64,000 nucleotides of DNA from Mobula hypostoma (lineage: Eukaryota): the NCBI RefSeq assembly GCF_963921235.1, contig NC_086097.1:25608001-25672000 (forward strand). Reading direction: 5' to 3'. Below the pieces are notes generated by a model that worked only from the letters and a program-made list of their open reading frames with translations, was not told where the DNA came from and ran no database searches. Of the stretch, positions 39,376 to 51,532 are shown piece after piece. The first letter of the stretch is position 1; every line of letters starts with the position of its first letter. A program made the translations under genes and the position numbers.

Positions 39376-39531
39376 GACCTATGTTCGTGATATCACCCCT
39401 TGTTCAATCCCTTCCGACCTATGTTCGTGATATCACCCCTTGTTCAATCCCTTCCGACCTATGTTCGTGACATACCTCGACACTGTTTTATCACCCCTTG
39501 TTCAATCCCTTCCGACCTATGTTCGTGACAC
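39376..39531 (+). repeat. Tandem 40-bp repeats at the PLE inversion junction
   Basis: Unit GACCTATGTTCGTGATATCACCCCTTGTTCAATCCCTTCC at 39376 and 39416, partial at 39456; the native copy is at about 39489-39531. Confidence 0.95.
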
Positions 39532-40954
39532 TTCTCACGCTCTTAAACTTTTCGATGATTTTAAGTTCCCTGGCCCCCACCGCTTTATTTTCACCATGGA
39601 TGTCCAGTCCTTATATACTTCCATCCCCCATCAGGAAGGTCTCAAAGCTCTACGCTTCTTTTTGGATTCCAGACCTAATCAGTTCCCCTCTACCACCACT
39701 CTGCTCCGTCTAGCGGAATTAGTCCTTACTCTTAATAATTTCTCCTTTTGCTCCTCCCATTTCCTCCAAACTAAAGGTGTAGCTATGGGCACCCGTATGG
39801 GTCCTAGCTATGCCTGCCTTTTTGTTGGGTTTGTGGAACAATCTATGTTCCGTGCCTATTCTGGTATCTGTCCCCCACTTTTCCTTCGCTACATCGACGA
39901 CTGCATTGGCGCTGCTTCCTGCACGCATGCAGAACTCGTTGACTTTATTAACTTTGCCTCCAACTTTCACCCTGCCCTCAAGTTTACCTGGTCCATTTCC
40001 GACACCTCCCTCCCCTTTCTAGATCTTTCTGTCTCTGTCTCTGGAGACAGCTTATCCACTGATGTCTACTATAAGCCTACTGACTCTCACAGCTATCTGG
40101 ACTATTCCTCTTCTCACCCTATCTCTTGCAAAAATGCCATCCCCTTCTCGCAATTCCTCCGTCTCCGCCGCATCTGCTCTCAGGATGAGGCTTTTCATTC
40201 TAGGACGAGGGAGATGTCTTCATTTTTTAAAGAAAGGGGCTACCCTTCCTCCACTATCAACTCTGCTCTTAAACGCATCTCCCCCATTTCACGTACATCT
40301 GCTCTCACTCCATCCTCCCACCACCCCACTAGGAATAGGGTTCCCCTGGTCCTCACCTACCACCCCACCAGCCTCCGGGTCCAACATATTATTCTCCGTA
40401 ACTTCCGCCACCTCCAACGGGATCCCACCACTAAGCACATCTTTCCCTCCCCCCCCTCTGCATTCCGCAGGGATCGCTCCCTACACAACTCCCTTGTCCA
40501 TTCGTCCCCCCCATCCCTCCCCACTGATCTCCCTCCTGGCACTTATCCGTGTAAGCGGAACAAGTGCTACACATGCCCTTACACTTCCTCCCTTACCACC
40601 ATTCAGGGCCCCAAACAGTCCTTCCAGGTGAGGCATCACTTCACCTGTGAGTCGACTGGGGTGATATACTGCGTCCGGTGCTCCCGATGTGGCCTTTTAT
40701 ATATTGGTGAGACCCGACGCAGACTGGGAGACCGCTTTGCTGAACATCTACGCTCTGTCCGCCAGAGAAAGCAGGATCTCCCAGTGGCCACACATTTTAA
40801 TTCCACATCCCATTCCCATTCTGACATGTCTATCCACGGCCTCCTCTACTGTAAAGATGAAGCCACACTCAGGTTGGAAGAACAACACCTTATATTCCGT
40901 CTGGGTAGCCTCCAACCTGATGGCATGAACATCGACTTCTCTAACTTCCGCTAA
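39440..40954 (+). CDS. PLE RT plus GIY-YIG endonuclease ORF (N-terminally truncated, otherwise uninterrupted)
   Basis: TMDVQSLYTSIPH, QTKGVAMGTRMGPSYA, RYIDD and LPFLD motifs; CKRNKCYTC linker (Cys motif typical of the Neptune group); VIYCVRCSRCGLLYIGET...RFAEH. The first ~10 residues come from junction repeats. Confidence 0.93.
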   Translation: MFNPFRPMFVTYLDTVLSPLVQSLPTYVRDTSHALKLFDDFKFPGPHRFIFTMDVQSLYTSIPHQEGLKALRFFLDSRPNQFPSTTTLLRLAELVLTLNNFSFCSSHFLQTKGVAMGTRMGPSYACLFVGFVEQSMFRAYSGICPPLFLRYIDDCIGAASCTHAELVDFINFASNFHPALKFTWSISDTSLPFLDLSVSVSGDSLSTDVYYKPTDSHSYLDYSSSHPISCKNAIPFSQFLRLRRICSQDEAFHSRTREMSSFFKERGYPSSTINSALKRISPISRTSALTPSSHHPTRNRVPLVLTYHPTSLRVQHIILRNFRHLQRDPTTKHIFPSPPSAFRRDRSLHNSLVHSSPPSLPTDLPPGTYPCKRNKCYTCPYTSSLTTIQGPKQSFQVRHHFTCESTGVIYCVRCSRCGLLYIGETRRRLGDRFAEHLRSVRQRKQDLPVATHFNSTSHSHSDMSIHGLLYCKDEATLRLEEQHLIFRLGSLQPDGMNIDFSNFR

Positions 40955-41247
40955 GGCCCCACCTCCCCCTCGTACCCCATCTGTTACTCATTTTTATGCA
41001 CACATTCTTTCTCTCACTCTCCTTTTTCTCCCTCTGTCCCTCTGAATATACCTCTTGCCCATCCTCTGGGTCACCCCCCCCCGTCTTTCTTCCCGGACCT
41101 CCTGTCCCATGATCCTCTCGTATCCCCTTTTGCCTATCACCTGTCCAGCTCTCGGCTCTATCCCTCCCCCTCCTGTCTTCTCCTATCATTTTGCATCTCC
41201 CCCTCCCCCTCCAGCTTTCAAATCCCTTACTCACTCTTCCTTCAGTT

Positions 41248-41283
41248 AGTCCTGACGAAGGGTCTCGGCCTGAAACGTCGACT
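41248..41283 (+). ncRNA. Minimal hammerhead ribozyme (sense arm)
   Basis: AGTCCTGACGAAGGGTCTCGGCCTGAAACGTCGACT. Confidence 0.88.
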
Positions 41284-44200
41284 GCGCCTCTTCCTATAGA
41301 TGCTGCTTGGCCTGCTACGTTCACCAGCAACTTTGATGTATGTTCCATAGATTTCATGCCAGCTTCCTTAGTAAATACAGACGCAAAAAACCTGTTTAAG
41401 ATCTCCCCCATTTCTTTTGGTTCCGCACAAAGCCGACCACTCTGATCTTCAAGAGGACCAATTTTATCCCTTACAATCCTTTTGCTCTTAATATACTTGT
41501 AAAAGCTCTTTGGATTATCCTTCACTTTGACTGCCAAGGCAACCTCATGTCTTCTTTTTGCCCTCCTGATTTCTTTCTTAAGTATTTTCTTGCACTTCTT
41601 ATACACCTCAAGCACCTGATTTACCCCGTTTCCTATACATTTCATACAACTCCCTCTTCTTCTTTATCAGAGTTGCAATATCCCTTGAGAACCAAGGTTC
41701 CTTATTCCTATTCAATTTGCCTTTAATCCTGACAGGAACATACAAACTCTGCACTCTCAAAATTTCCCTTTTGAAGACTTCCCACCTACCAATCACATCT
41801 TTGCCAGTGTCCCAATCCACGCTTTTTAGATCCTTTCTCATTTCTTCAAATTTGGCCTTCTTCCAGTTCAGAACCTCAACCCTAGGACCAGATCTATCCT
41901 TGTCCATGATCAAATTGAAACTAATGGCGTTATGATCACTGGAACCAAAGTGTTCCCCTACACAGACTTCTGTCACTTACCCTAATTCGTTTCCTAACAG
42001 GAGATCCAATATTGCATCCCCTCTAGTTGGTCCCTCTATATACTGATTTAGAAAACTTTCCTGAACACATTTTACAAACTCTAAACCATCTAGACCCCTA
42101 ACAGTATGGGAGTCCCAATCAATGTATGGAAAATTAAAATCCCCTACCACCACAACTTTATGTTTCCTGCAGTTGTCTGCTATCTCTCTGCAGATTTGTT
42201 CTTCCAAGTCTCGTTGACTATTGGGTGGTCTGTAATACAATCCCACTAATGTGGCCATACCTTTCCTGTTTCTCAGCTCCACCCATAAGGACTCAGTAGA
42301 CAAGCCCTCTAATCTGTCCTGCCTGAGCACTGCTGTAATATTTTCCCTAACAAGCAATGCTACTCCCCCACCTTTCATTCCTCTGCCTCGATCACATCTG
42401 AAACATCGGAACCCTGGAATATTAAGCTGCCAGTCCTGCCCCTCCTGTAGCCAAGTTTCACGAATTGCTACAACATCATAATTCCACGTGTCAATCCACG
42501 CCCTCAACTCATCCGCCTTCCCCGCAATACTCCTAGCATTGAAATATATACACCTCAGAAGATTTTTACCACCACTCACAACCTTTCTATCAGCAAATTT
42601 GCTTAAACTTTCAATATCATTTATTTTCACCCCAGCCACACTGTCAGCTCTGGCACTCTGGTTCCCATCCCCCTGCAAATCTAGTTTAAAGCCTCCCCAA
42701 TAGCACTAACAAACCTCCCTGAAAGGATATTGGTCCCCCTGTGGTTCAAGTGTAACCCGTCTCTCTTGTACAGGTCCCACCTGCCCCAGTAGAGGTCCCA
42801 ATGATCCTGAAATCTGAAACCCTGCCCCCTACACCAGTTCCTCAGCCACTTGTTCCTCCTCCAGAGCATCCTATTCCTACCCTCACTGGCACCTAGCACA
42901 GGTAGCAATCCTGAGATTACCACCCTTGAGGTCCTGCTTTTCAACTTCCTACCAAGCTCTCTATACTCACTGTCCAGGACCTCTTCACTCTTCCTTGCTA
43001 TGTCATTGGTGCCTATGTGCACCACGACATCTGGCTGGTCACCCTCCCACTTCAGAATGTCATGCAATCAATCAGAGACATCCTTGACCCTGGCACCTGG
43101 GAGGCAACGAACCATCCTGGATTCTCTGTCACGACCACAGAACCTCCTATCTGCACCTGTAACTATCGAGTCCCCTATCACTACCGCTCTCCTCTTTAGC
43201 TTTTAATGAATATGATATAGTTGGGATCACAGAGACATGGCTCCAGGGTGACCAAGGATGGGAGATCAACAGGGGATATTCAATATTCAGGAGGGATAGA
43301 TATGAAAGAAAAGGAGGTGGGGTGGCATTGCTGGTTAGAGAGGAAATTAACACAATGGAAAGGAAGGACATTAGCCGGGAGGATGTGGAATCGATATGGG
43401 TAGAGCTGCATAACACTAAGGGGCAGAAAACGCTGGTGGGAGTTGTGTACAGGCCACCTAACAGTAGTAGTGAGGTTGGGGATGGCATTAAACAGGAAAC
43501 TAGAAATGCGTGCAATAAAGGAACAGCAGTTATAATGGGTGACTTCAATCTACATATAGATTGAGTGAACCAAATTGGTAAGGGTGCTGAGGAAGAGGAT
43601 TTCTTGGAATGTATGCAGGATAGTTTTCTGAACCAACATGTCGAGGAACCAATTAGAGAGCAGGCCATTCTGGACTGGGTATTGAGCAATGAGGAAGGGT
43701 TAGTTAGCAATCTTGTCGTGCGAGGCCCCTTGGGTAAGAGTGACCATAATATGGTAGAATTCTTCATTAAGATGGAGAGTGATATAGTTAATTCAGTAAC
43801 AAAGGTTCTGAACTTAAAGAAGGGTAACTTTGAAGGTATGAGACGTGAATTAGCTAAGATAGACTGGCAAATGATACTTAAAGGATTGACGGTGGATATG
43901 CAATGGCAAGCATTTAAAGATCACATGGATGAACTACAACAATTGTTCATCCTAGTTTGGCAAAAGAATAAACTAGGGAAGGTAGTGCACCCGTGGCTGA
44001 CAAGCGAAATTAGGGATAGTATCAATTCCAAAGAAGAAACATACAAATTAGCCAGAAAAAGTGGCACACCTGAGGACTGGGAGAAATTCAGTGTCCAGCA
44101 GATGAGGACAAAGGGCTTAATTAGGAAAGGGAAAAAAGATTATGAGAGAAAGCTGACAGGGAACATAAAAACTGACTGTAAAAGCTTTTACAGATATGTG

Positions 44201-46029
44201 AAAAGAAAAAGATTGGTTAAGACAAATGTAGGTCCCTTACAGTCAGAAACAGGTGAATTGATCATGGGGAACAAGGACATGGTAGACCAATTGAATAACT
44301 ACTTTGGTTCTGTCTTCACTAAGGAGGACATAAATAATCTTCCGGAAATAATAGGGGACAGAGGGTCTAGTGAGATGGAGGAACTGAGGGAAATACATGT
44401 TAGTAGGGAAGTGGTGTTAGATAAATTGAAGGGATTGAAGGCAGATAAATCCCCAGGGCCAGATGGTCTGCATCCCAGAGTGCTTAAGGAAGTAGCCCAA
44501 GAAATAGTGGATGCATTAGTGATAATTTTTCAAAACTCTTTAGGTTCTGGACTAGTTCCTGAGGATTGGAGGGTGGCTAATGTAACCCCACTTTTTAAAA
44601 AAGGAGGGAGAGAGAAACCGGGGAATTATAGACCGGTAAGCCTGACATCAGTGGTGGGGAAAATGCTGTCAGTTATCAAAGATGTGATAACAGCACATTT
44701 GGAAAGTGGTGAAATCATCGGACAAAGTCAGCATGGATTTGTGAAAGGAAAATCATGTCTGACGAATCTCATAGAATTTTTTAAGGATGTAACTAGTCGA
44801 GTGGATAGGGGAGACCAGCGGATGTGGTATATTTGGATTTTCAAAAGGCTTTTGACAAGGTCCTACGCAGGAGATTAGTGTGCAAACTTAAAGCACACGG
44901 TATTGGGGGTATGGTACTGATGTGGATAGAGAATTGGTTGGCAGACAGGAAGCAAAGAGTGGGAATAAACGGGACCTTTTCAGAATGGCGGGCAGTGACG
45001 AGTGGGGTACCGCAAGGCTCAGTGCTGGGACCCCAGTTGTTTACAATATATATTAATGACTTAGACGAGGGAACTAAATGCAGCATCTCCAAGTTTGCGG
45101 ATGACACGAAGCTGGGCGGCAGTGTTAGCTGTGAGGAGGATGCTAAGAGGATGCAGAGTGACTTGGATAGGTTGGGTGAGTGAGCAAATTCATGGCAGAT
45201 GCAATTTAATGTGGATAAATGTGAGGTTATCCACTTTGGTGGCAAGAACAGGAAAACAGATTATTATCTGAATGGTGGTTGATTTGGAAAAGGGGAGGTG
45301 CAACGAGACCTGGGTGTCATTGTACACCAGTCGTTGAAAGTGGGCATGCAGGTACAGCAGGTGGTGAAAAAGGCGAATGGTATGCTGGCATTCACAGCAA
45401 GAGGATTCAAGTACAGGAGCAGGGAGGTACTACTGCAGTTGTACAAGGCCTTGGTGAGACCACACCTGGAGTATTGTGTGCAGTTTTGGTCCCCTAATCT
45501 GAGGAAAGACATTCTTGCGACAGAGGGAGTACAAAGAAGGTTCACCAGGTTGATTCCTGGGATGGCAGGACTTTCATATGATGAAAGACTGGATGAACTA
45601 GGCTTATACTCTCTGGAATTTAGAAGATTGAGGGGGGATCTGATTGAAACGTATAAAATTCTAAAGGGATTGGACAGGCTAGATGCAGGAAGATTGTTCC
45701 CGATGTTGGGGAAGTCCAGAACAAGGGGACACAGTGTGAGGATAAAGGGGAAGCCTTTTAGGACAAAGATGAAGAAAAACTTCTTCACACAGAGAGTAGT
45801 GAATCTGTGGAATTCTCCGCCACAGGAAACAGTTGAGGCCAGTTCATTGGCTATATTTAAGAGGGAGTTAGATATGGCCCCTGTGGCTAGAAGGATCAGG
45901 GGGTACAGAAAGAAGGCAGGTACAGGGTTCTGAATTGGATGATCAGCCATGATCATACTGAATGGCGGTGCAGGCTCAAAGGGCCGAATGGCCTACTCCT
46001 GCACCTATTTTCTATGTTTCTATGTTTCT

Positions 46030-46240
46030 AAGGCGCATTGCTGAAGCACAACACAATTGTAAGCTGCGCAAGTCCAGACCCACCTGTGCAACAACTGCAG
46101 TGCCTACACATGTCTGTCCAACATGCACCAGGACATTCCGTGCCTGAATTGGCCTGACCAGTCATCTTCGGACACACCGCATTCAGTCTCAAAGTGACTA
46201 ACGGTGTCGAGGTCTTCATCGACGACGATGGACGAACCAC
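46030..46240 (+). mobile_element. RTE-clade LINE 3' end with C2H2 zinc finger
   Basis: Translates HVCPTCTRTFRA*IGLTSHLRTH, followed by a short 3' UTR GTCTTCATCGACGACGATGGACGAAC. Confidence 0.75.
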
Positions 46241-46549
46241 TGATATGTAATGGGGAGATGGAACCAGGCTGGGAGGGTACTGAGTCTGGGTAACCAAGGG
46301 GGAAGTGTTGGAAAAGGTGATCAAAGGGAGAACTTGGAAATTGGGAAAGGAACAATGGGGGCTGGGGGTAGAGCGGTAGTATTGGGTACTTGGAATTGTA
46401 AAGTTCAATGTTTGAGTGAAGCCAAATGCAAACTAGAAGAATGACTCCTTATATTCCACTTAAAATTAAATTTAAAACATACAGTGAAATGAGTTGTTTG
46501 TATCAACGAGCGATGTAATCTGAGGACACAAATCACTAACCCTAATGTT

Positions 46550-47015
46550 AAGACCATAAGACACAAGAACAGAATTAGGCGAATCAGCCCATACAGTCTG
46601 CTCCACCATTCCATCATGGCTAATCTCTTGCAATCCCATTCTCCTGCGCTCTCCCTTTATCTTTACACCCTTCCTAGTAAGAAACTTATCAACTTTCACT
46701 TTAAATATACCTGCTGACAGGGCCTCCACAGCTGTCTGAAACAATGAACTCCACAGATTCACTTTTCTCTGACAAAAAAAATCCCCTTTAATCTTTGGTC
46801 CAAAGGGACATCCCTCCATTCTGAGGCTGTGCCCCCTGGTCATGTACTCTCCCACTAACAGGAAGATCCTCTATCTAAGCTTTTCAATATTTGGTAGTCC
46901 TTGACCATCAAATGCTCCTTTCATTCCCAGGATCATTCTCGTGAACCTCCTCTGGGCCCTCTCCAATGTCAGCACATCCATTCTTAGATATGAGGCAATA
47001 CTTACAACACTCCAA
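46550..47015 (-). mobile_element. Old CR1 3' fragment
   Basis: ORF 46472..46855 has TRGHSLRM...VNLWSSL. Confidence 0.75.
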
Positions 47016-47371
47016 ATATGAATTGCACAGGGTAAACAGTAAACAATAAGTACAACAATAAATAGAGCGATGAGTGCAAGGCAACAGATGATTTCAGTAA
47101 CCTGTAGTGCAAAAAGAAATGCTAAAGTGACTATGACAGAAGAGATAGAATTGAGAGTTCAAGCATGAGGTATTACCCACCAGAAAGAGGGTGTGAAAGA
47201 GGTGGTTGGTTCAGAAGTCTGATAGAAATGGTTAAGAAGCTGTTCTTGATTTTAATCAGCTGGGCTTTCAAGCTCCTGTTCCTTCCCCAAAAAAATAGAA
47301 GAAAGTAAAAGGAATAGCCAGGGTAGCAAGCATCCTTGATTATACTGTTGACTTTCCTGATGCAATGCAGT

Positions 47372-50300
47372 GATGAAATGCTTTGAGAGTTTGGTCATGA
47401 CTACTCTGAACTCCTGCCTCAGCAAGGACCTGGACCCATTACAATTTGCCTATCACCACAAAGGATCAACAGAATATGTAATCTCAATGGCTCTTCACAC
47501 GGCCTGAGACCACCTGGACAACACAAACACCTATGTCAGGATGCTGTTCATCAATTACAGCTCAGCATTTAATACCATTGGTCCCACAAACCTGACTGAG
47601 AAGTCACAGAACCTAAGCCTCTGTACCTCCCTCTGCAATTGGATCCTCAACTTCCTAACCGGAAGACCACAATATGTGCGGATGATGATAACATCTCCTC
47701 CTCGCTGACGATCAAAACTGGTGCACCTCAGGGGTGTGAGCTTAGCCCACTGCTGTACTCTCTATATACACAGGACTGTGGGGCTAGGCTTAGCTCAAAC
47801 ACCATCTATAAATTTGCTGATGATATAACCATTGTTGGTAGAATCTCAGATGGAGACAAGGGCATACAGGAGCGAGATATGCCTACTAGTGGAGTGGTGT
47901 CACAGCAACAACCTGGCACTCAATGTCAGTAAGACAAAAGAGCTGATTGTGGACTTCAGGAAGGATAAAACGAAGGAACACATACTAATTCTCATAGAGG
48001 GATCGGAAGCAGAGAGAGTGAGCAGTTTCAAGTTCCTGGGTGAACTTGATCTCTGAGGACTTAACCTGGTCCCAACATATCAATGCAGTTACAAAGGCGG
48101 CAAGACAGCGACTATACTTCTTTTGGAGTTTGAAGAGATTTGGTATGTCAACAAATACACTCAAAAACTTCCACAGATGTAATGTGGAGAGCATTCTGAC
48201 AGGCTGCATCACTCTCTGGTATGGAGGGGCTACTGTACAGGCCCGAAAGAAGCTGCAGAAGTTTGTAAATCTAGTCAGCTCCATCTTGGGTACTAGCCTA
48301 CAAAGTACCAGTACACCTTCAAGGAGCGGTGTCTCAGAAAAGCAGCGTCCATTATTAAGGACCTCCAGCACCCAGGGCATGTCCTTTTCTCACTGTTACC
48401 ATCAGATAGGAGGTACAGAAGCCTGAAGGCACACACTCAGTGATTCAGGAACAGCTTCTTCCCCTCTGCCATCAGATTCCTAAATGGACATTGAACCTGT
48501 GAACACTACCTCACTTTTTTACTATATATTATTTCTGGTTTTTGCACAATTTTTAATATATTCAATATACGTATACTGTAACTGATTTACCTTCTTGTTC
48601 TTCTATATTTCCGGAGTTCACACCTGGATTCCGTGCAGCAACTGGTATCCCCCGAACTCAGTCATACTGACAGCGGTCTACATTCCCCCCCAAGGCGGAC
48701 GTGGAGTGTGCTCTGAACACACTGTACGCCAACATCGGTGAACTTGAGACCAGGTATCTGGAGGCTTTACTCATTACAGCCAGGGACTTTAACCAGGCCA
48801 ACCTCAGAAAGGCATTGCCAAAGTTATACCAATATGTCTCCTGCCCCACTAGAGGCCAAAATATACTTGACCACTGCTACACAGCAGTCAAGGATGCCTA
48901 CCGTTCCATCCCACGACCTCACTTCGGAAAATCGGACCATCAGGCCGTACTCCTCCACCTGGCTTACAAAGAGAAACTGAAGCAGGAGGTCACGGTGTCA
49001 AAAGTAGTGTCGCGTTGGACGGAGGAAATGGATGAGGTCCTCCGTGACTGCTTTGAATCGGTGGACTGGTTAGTATTCAAGGACTCGGCAGCTAACCTCG
49101 ACGAGTATGCCTCAGCTGTCACGGACTTTATTTGGAAATGCACAGAGGACTGTGTGTCTCGCAAGACGATCCGGGTATTCCCTAACCGGAAACCTTGGAT
49201 GAATTATGAGGTCAAGTCCCTTTTAAAGGCTAGAGCTGCAGCTTTTAGGTCCGGGGATACCAGTCGCTACATGGAATCCAGGCGTGAACTCCGGAAAGCC
49301 ATTAAGGGTGCCAAGAGGCAATATCAAGCCAAGTTGGAAGCCCAGGCTAACCGGAGGGATGCCAGTAGACTATGGCAGGGTCTAAATGAGATCACTGGGC
49401 GCAAAGAAAAGGCTGGGAATATCAATAACTGTGGCGCTTCTCTTCCTGACGAACTTAATGTATTCTACGCAAGATTCGAAAAGAAGAGAACCGTCCTGCT
49501 CCCTCCGGATGAACCAGACCTGATGGCATCGAGATTCATCTTCACCGAGGAGGACATTAGAAGGGCCTCCCTGAAGATAAATCCAAGGAAGGCGATGGGC
49601 CCAGATGGCGTCCCAGGACGGGTTCTCCGGGCCTGTGCAAGCGAGCTAGCTGGAGTGTTTTCTGACATCTTCAACTGATCCCCTCGTGTTTTAAGACGGC
49701 AACGATAATCCCAGTGCCGAAGAAGAGCAAGGTGGCATGCCTGAATGACTATCGACCTGTGGCTCTGACATCAATTGCTATGAAGTGCTTCGAGAGATTG
49801 GTTATGGCACACATTCTTCTAGGGTGCATCACAACCTGGTATGGAAGTTGTCCTGTCCAAGACTGGAAGAAGCTGCAGAAGATCGTGAACACAGCCCAGC
49901 ACATCACACAAACCAGCCTTCCATCCTTGGACTCACTTTACACCGCACACTGTCGGAGCAGTAGGATAATCAAGGACACGACCCACCCAGCCAACACACT
50001 TTTTGTCCCTCTTCCCTCCGGGAGAAGGCTCAGGAGCTTGAAGACTCGTACCGCCAGATCTGGGAATAGCTTCTTTCCAACAGTGATAAGACTGCTGAAC
50101 GGATCCTGACCCGGATCTGGGCCGTACCCTCCAAATATCCGGACCTACCTCTCAGTTTTTTTGCACTACCTTACTTTCCATTTTTCTATTTTCTATTTAT
50201 GATTTATAATTTAATTTTTTAATATTTACTAATTTTTACTATTTTAAATATTTTTAATATTTGTAATCCAGGGAGCAGGAAGCGCAGAATCAAATATCGC

Positions 50301-50447
50301 TGTGATGACTGTACGTGCTAGTATCAATTGTTTGGCGACAATAAAGTACAAAGTATAAAGTATTATGTATTGCATTAAGCTGTTGTTGCTAAGTTAACAA
50401 ATTTCACAACACATGCCGGTGATAATAAACCTGATTCTGATTCTGAT
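47372..50447 (+). mobile_element. Rex1/Babar-like LINE (47372-48609 and 50361-50447) with a second Rex-like element in its 3' UTR
   Basis: TGAPQGC, YKFADD and ILTGCITLWYG motifs. The 3' UTR resumes at 50361 and ends AATAAACCTGATTCTGATTCTGA. Confidence 0.85.
48610..50360 (+). mobile_element. Rex1/Babar-like LINE of another family, endonuclease intact and RT core deleted
   Basis: ORF 48701..49678 (YIPP upstream, DFN, LDHCY, GKSDH) and ORF 49714..50109. Tail AATAAAGTACAAAGTATAAAG. Confidence 0.85.
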
Positions 50448-51532
50448 CATTAAGAGGGACTAGATAGAAGAAATGACGGGCCAGTGACTGGGCAATTCAT
50501 ACCACTCTTTGCAGGTTTCATTGCACCAGAGCAAGCAGTTGTCCTAGCAGGCTGAGTGTAACCTATCAAGATATTTGCTATGGAGCATATGCAGAAGCTC
50601 AAAACAATCCTTGCGATTAAGCCAAACCTTTTGAGACCTCAATATATATGCTGATTTGCTTTCTCGATCACCACAATGGACCAGGGACCAGGAGGGACCA
50701 GGAGAGATGGTGATATGGATGTTGAGAATTCAAATTCAGATGCATTTATTTATCATACATACATCAAAACATACGTGTAATTTGCATTAACAACCAACAC
50801 AACCTAATGACGCGCTGGAGGCGGCACACAAGAGTCGTCATGAATTCCAGTGCCATCACGGCATGCCCATCATGTTCAGAAAAATAACAGCAACAAAACA
50901 ACATCAGCAGAACAAATTCCTTTTCTTCCCCCGCCTCCCCCCGCCCCCATCCACTCGCACACATATATAGTCTGCCAACTCCAGAACAGGCCAGGCCTCC
51001 AGCGTCCACTGAACTCACTGATTCTTAGACAGTGGCTTCCAAATTCCGCAGTGCTCGACTTCTGGACTTTTGAGCAACCTTCAGGCTTTGATCTTCAGTA
51101 TTGATCCCAGGACTCATTGACGTCGGGACCTCCCGAGAAGCTTGAAACTGATAACAGGCTATTGATCAAGACAAGGTAGTGTTCATCTCATCCCAACCCC
51201 TCCCCCTCCACACTTCCTTAGGTTAGAAAGGTCAAGATCTAGGTTATTATTCTGACACCAGGACACATGTTTGCCATCTCTTTCCTGGACCTCACCTCAT
51301 CATTGCTGTTGATCCAGCCTATAACAATGTTGTCATCGGTGAATTTGAAGATCGAGTTGCTGGTGAATGAGACCATACAGACATTGCTATACAGCAAGCA
51401 GTGCTGAGCACCAAGCACAGAACCCTGGGGAGCACTAGCGTTGAGGAGTCGGGTGAATGAAATGCTACGACCTATTCTAACTGACTGAGGCCCGCCAGTC
51501 AGAAAGTCTAAAAATCAATTGTAGATGGGGTT

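Larger units (their letters stand above)
38572..41342. mobile_element. Young Neptune-type PLE insertion: inverted 3' arm (38574-39377, -) and 5'-truncated sense arm (39376-41342, +)
   Basis: 15-bp TSD TTCCATAGATTTCAT at 38557-38571 and 41343-41357, inside the CR1 ORF2. Confidence 0.95.
36897..43196 (-). mobile_element. CR1 LINE family A copy 2, 5'-truncated, interrupted by a PLE
   Basis: Near-identical to 1093-4420 but extends further into ORF1. Same (TTCTATGG)n tail. Confidence 0.95.
35907..46028 (+). mobile_element. CR1 LINE family B (esterase ORF1, APE, RT, tail) hosting three nested insertions
   Basis: GDSIVRG and VVVHIGTND-type ORF1 at 35907-36413. The endonuclease resumes at 43200 (ITETWL); RT spans 43565-45933. 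Tail (TTCTATGT)n. Confidence 0.92.

Noticed and set aside
39376..39531. CRISPR-like direct repeats
   Set aside because: Head-to-tail copies of PLE coding sequence without unique spacers, in eukaryotic context with no cas genes.
36976..41645. Novel termini on ORFs 36976..38616 and 40941..41645
   Set aside because: Both are CR1 ORF2 reading into the PLE arms at the insertion boundaries.
1093..43196. Segmental duplication explaining the two CR1-A copies
   Set aside because: Similarity stops at the element boundaries and the 5' truncation points differ.
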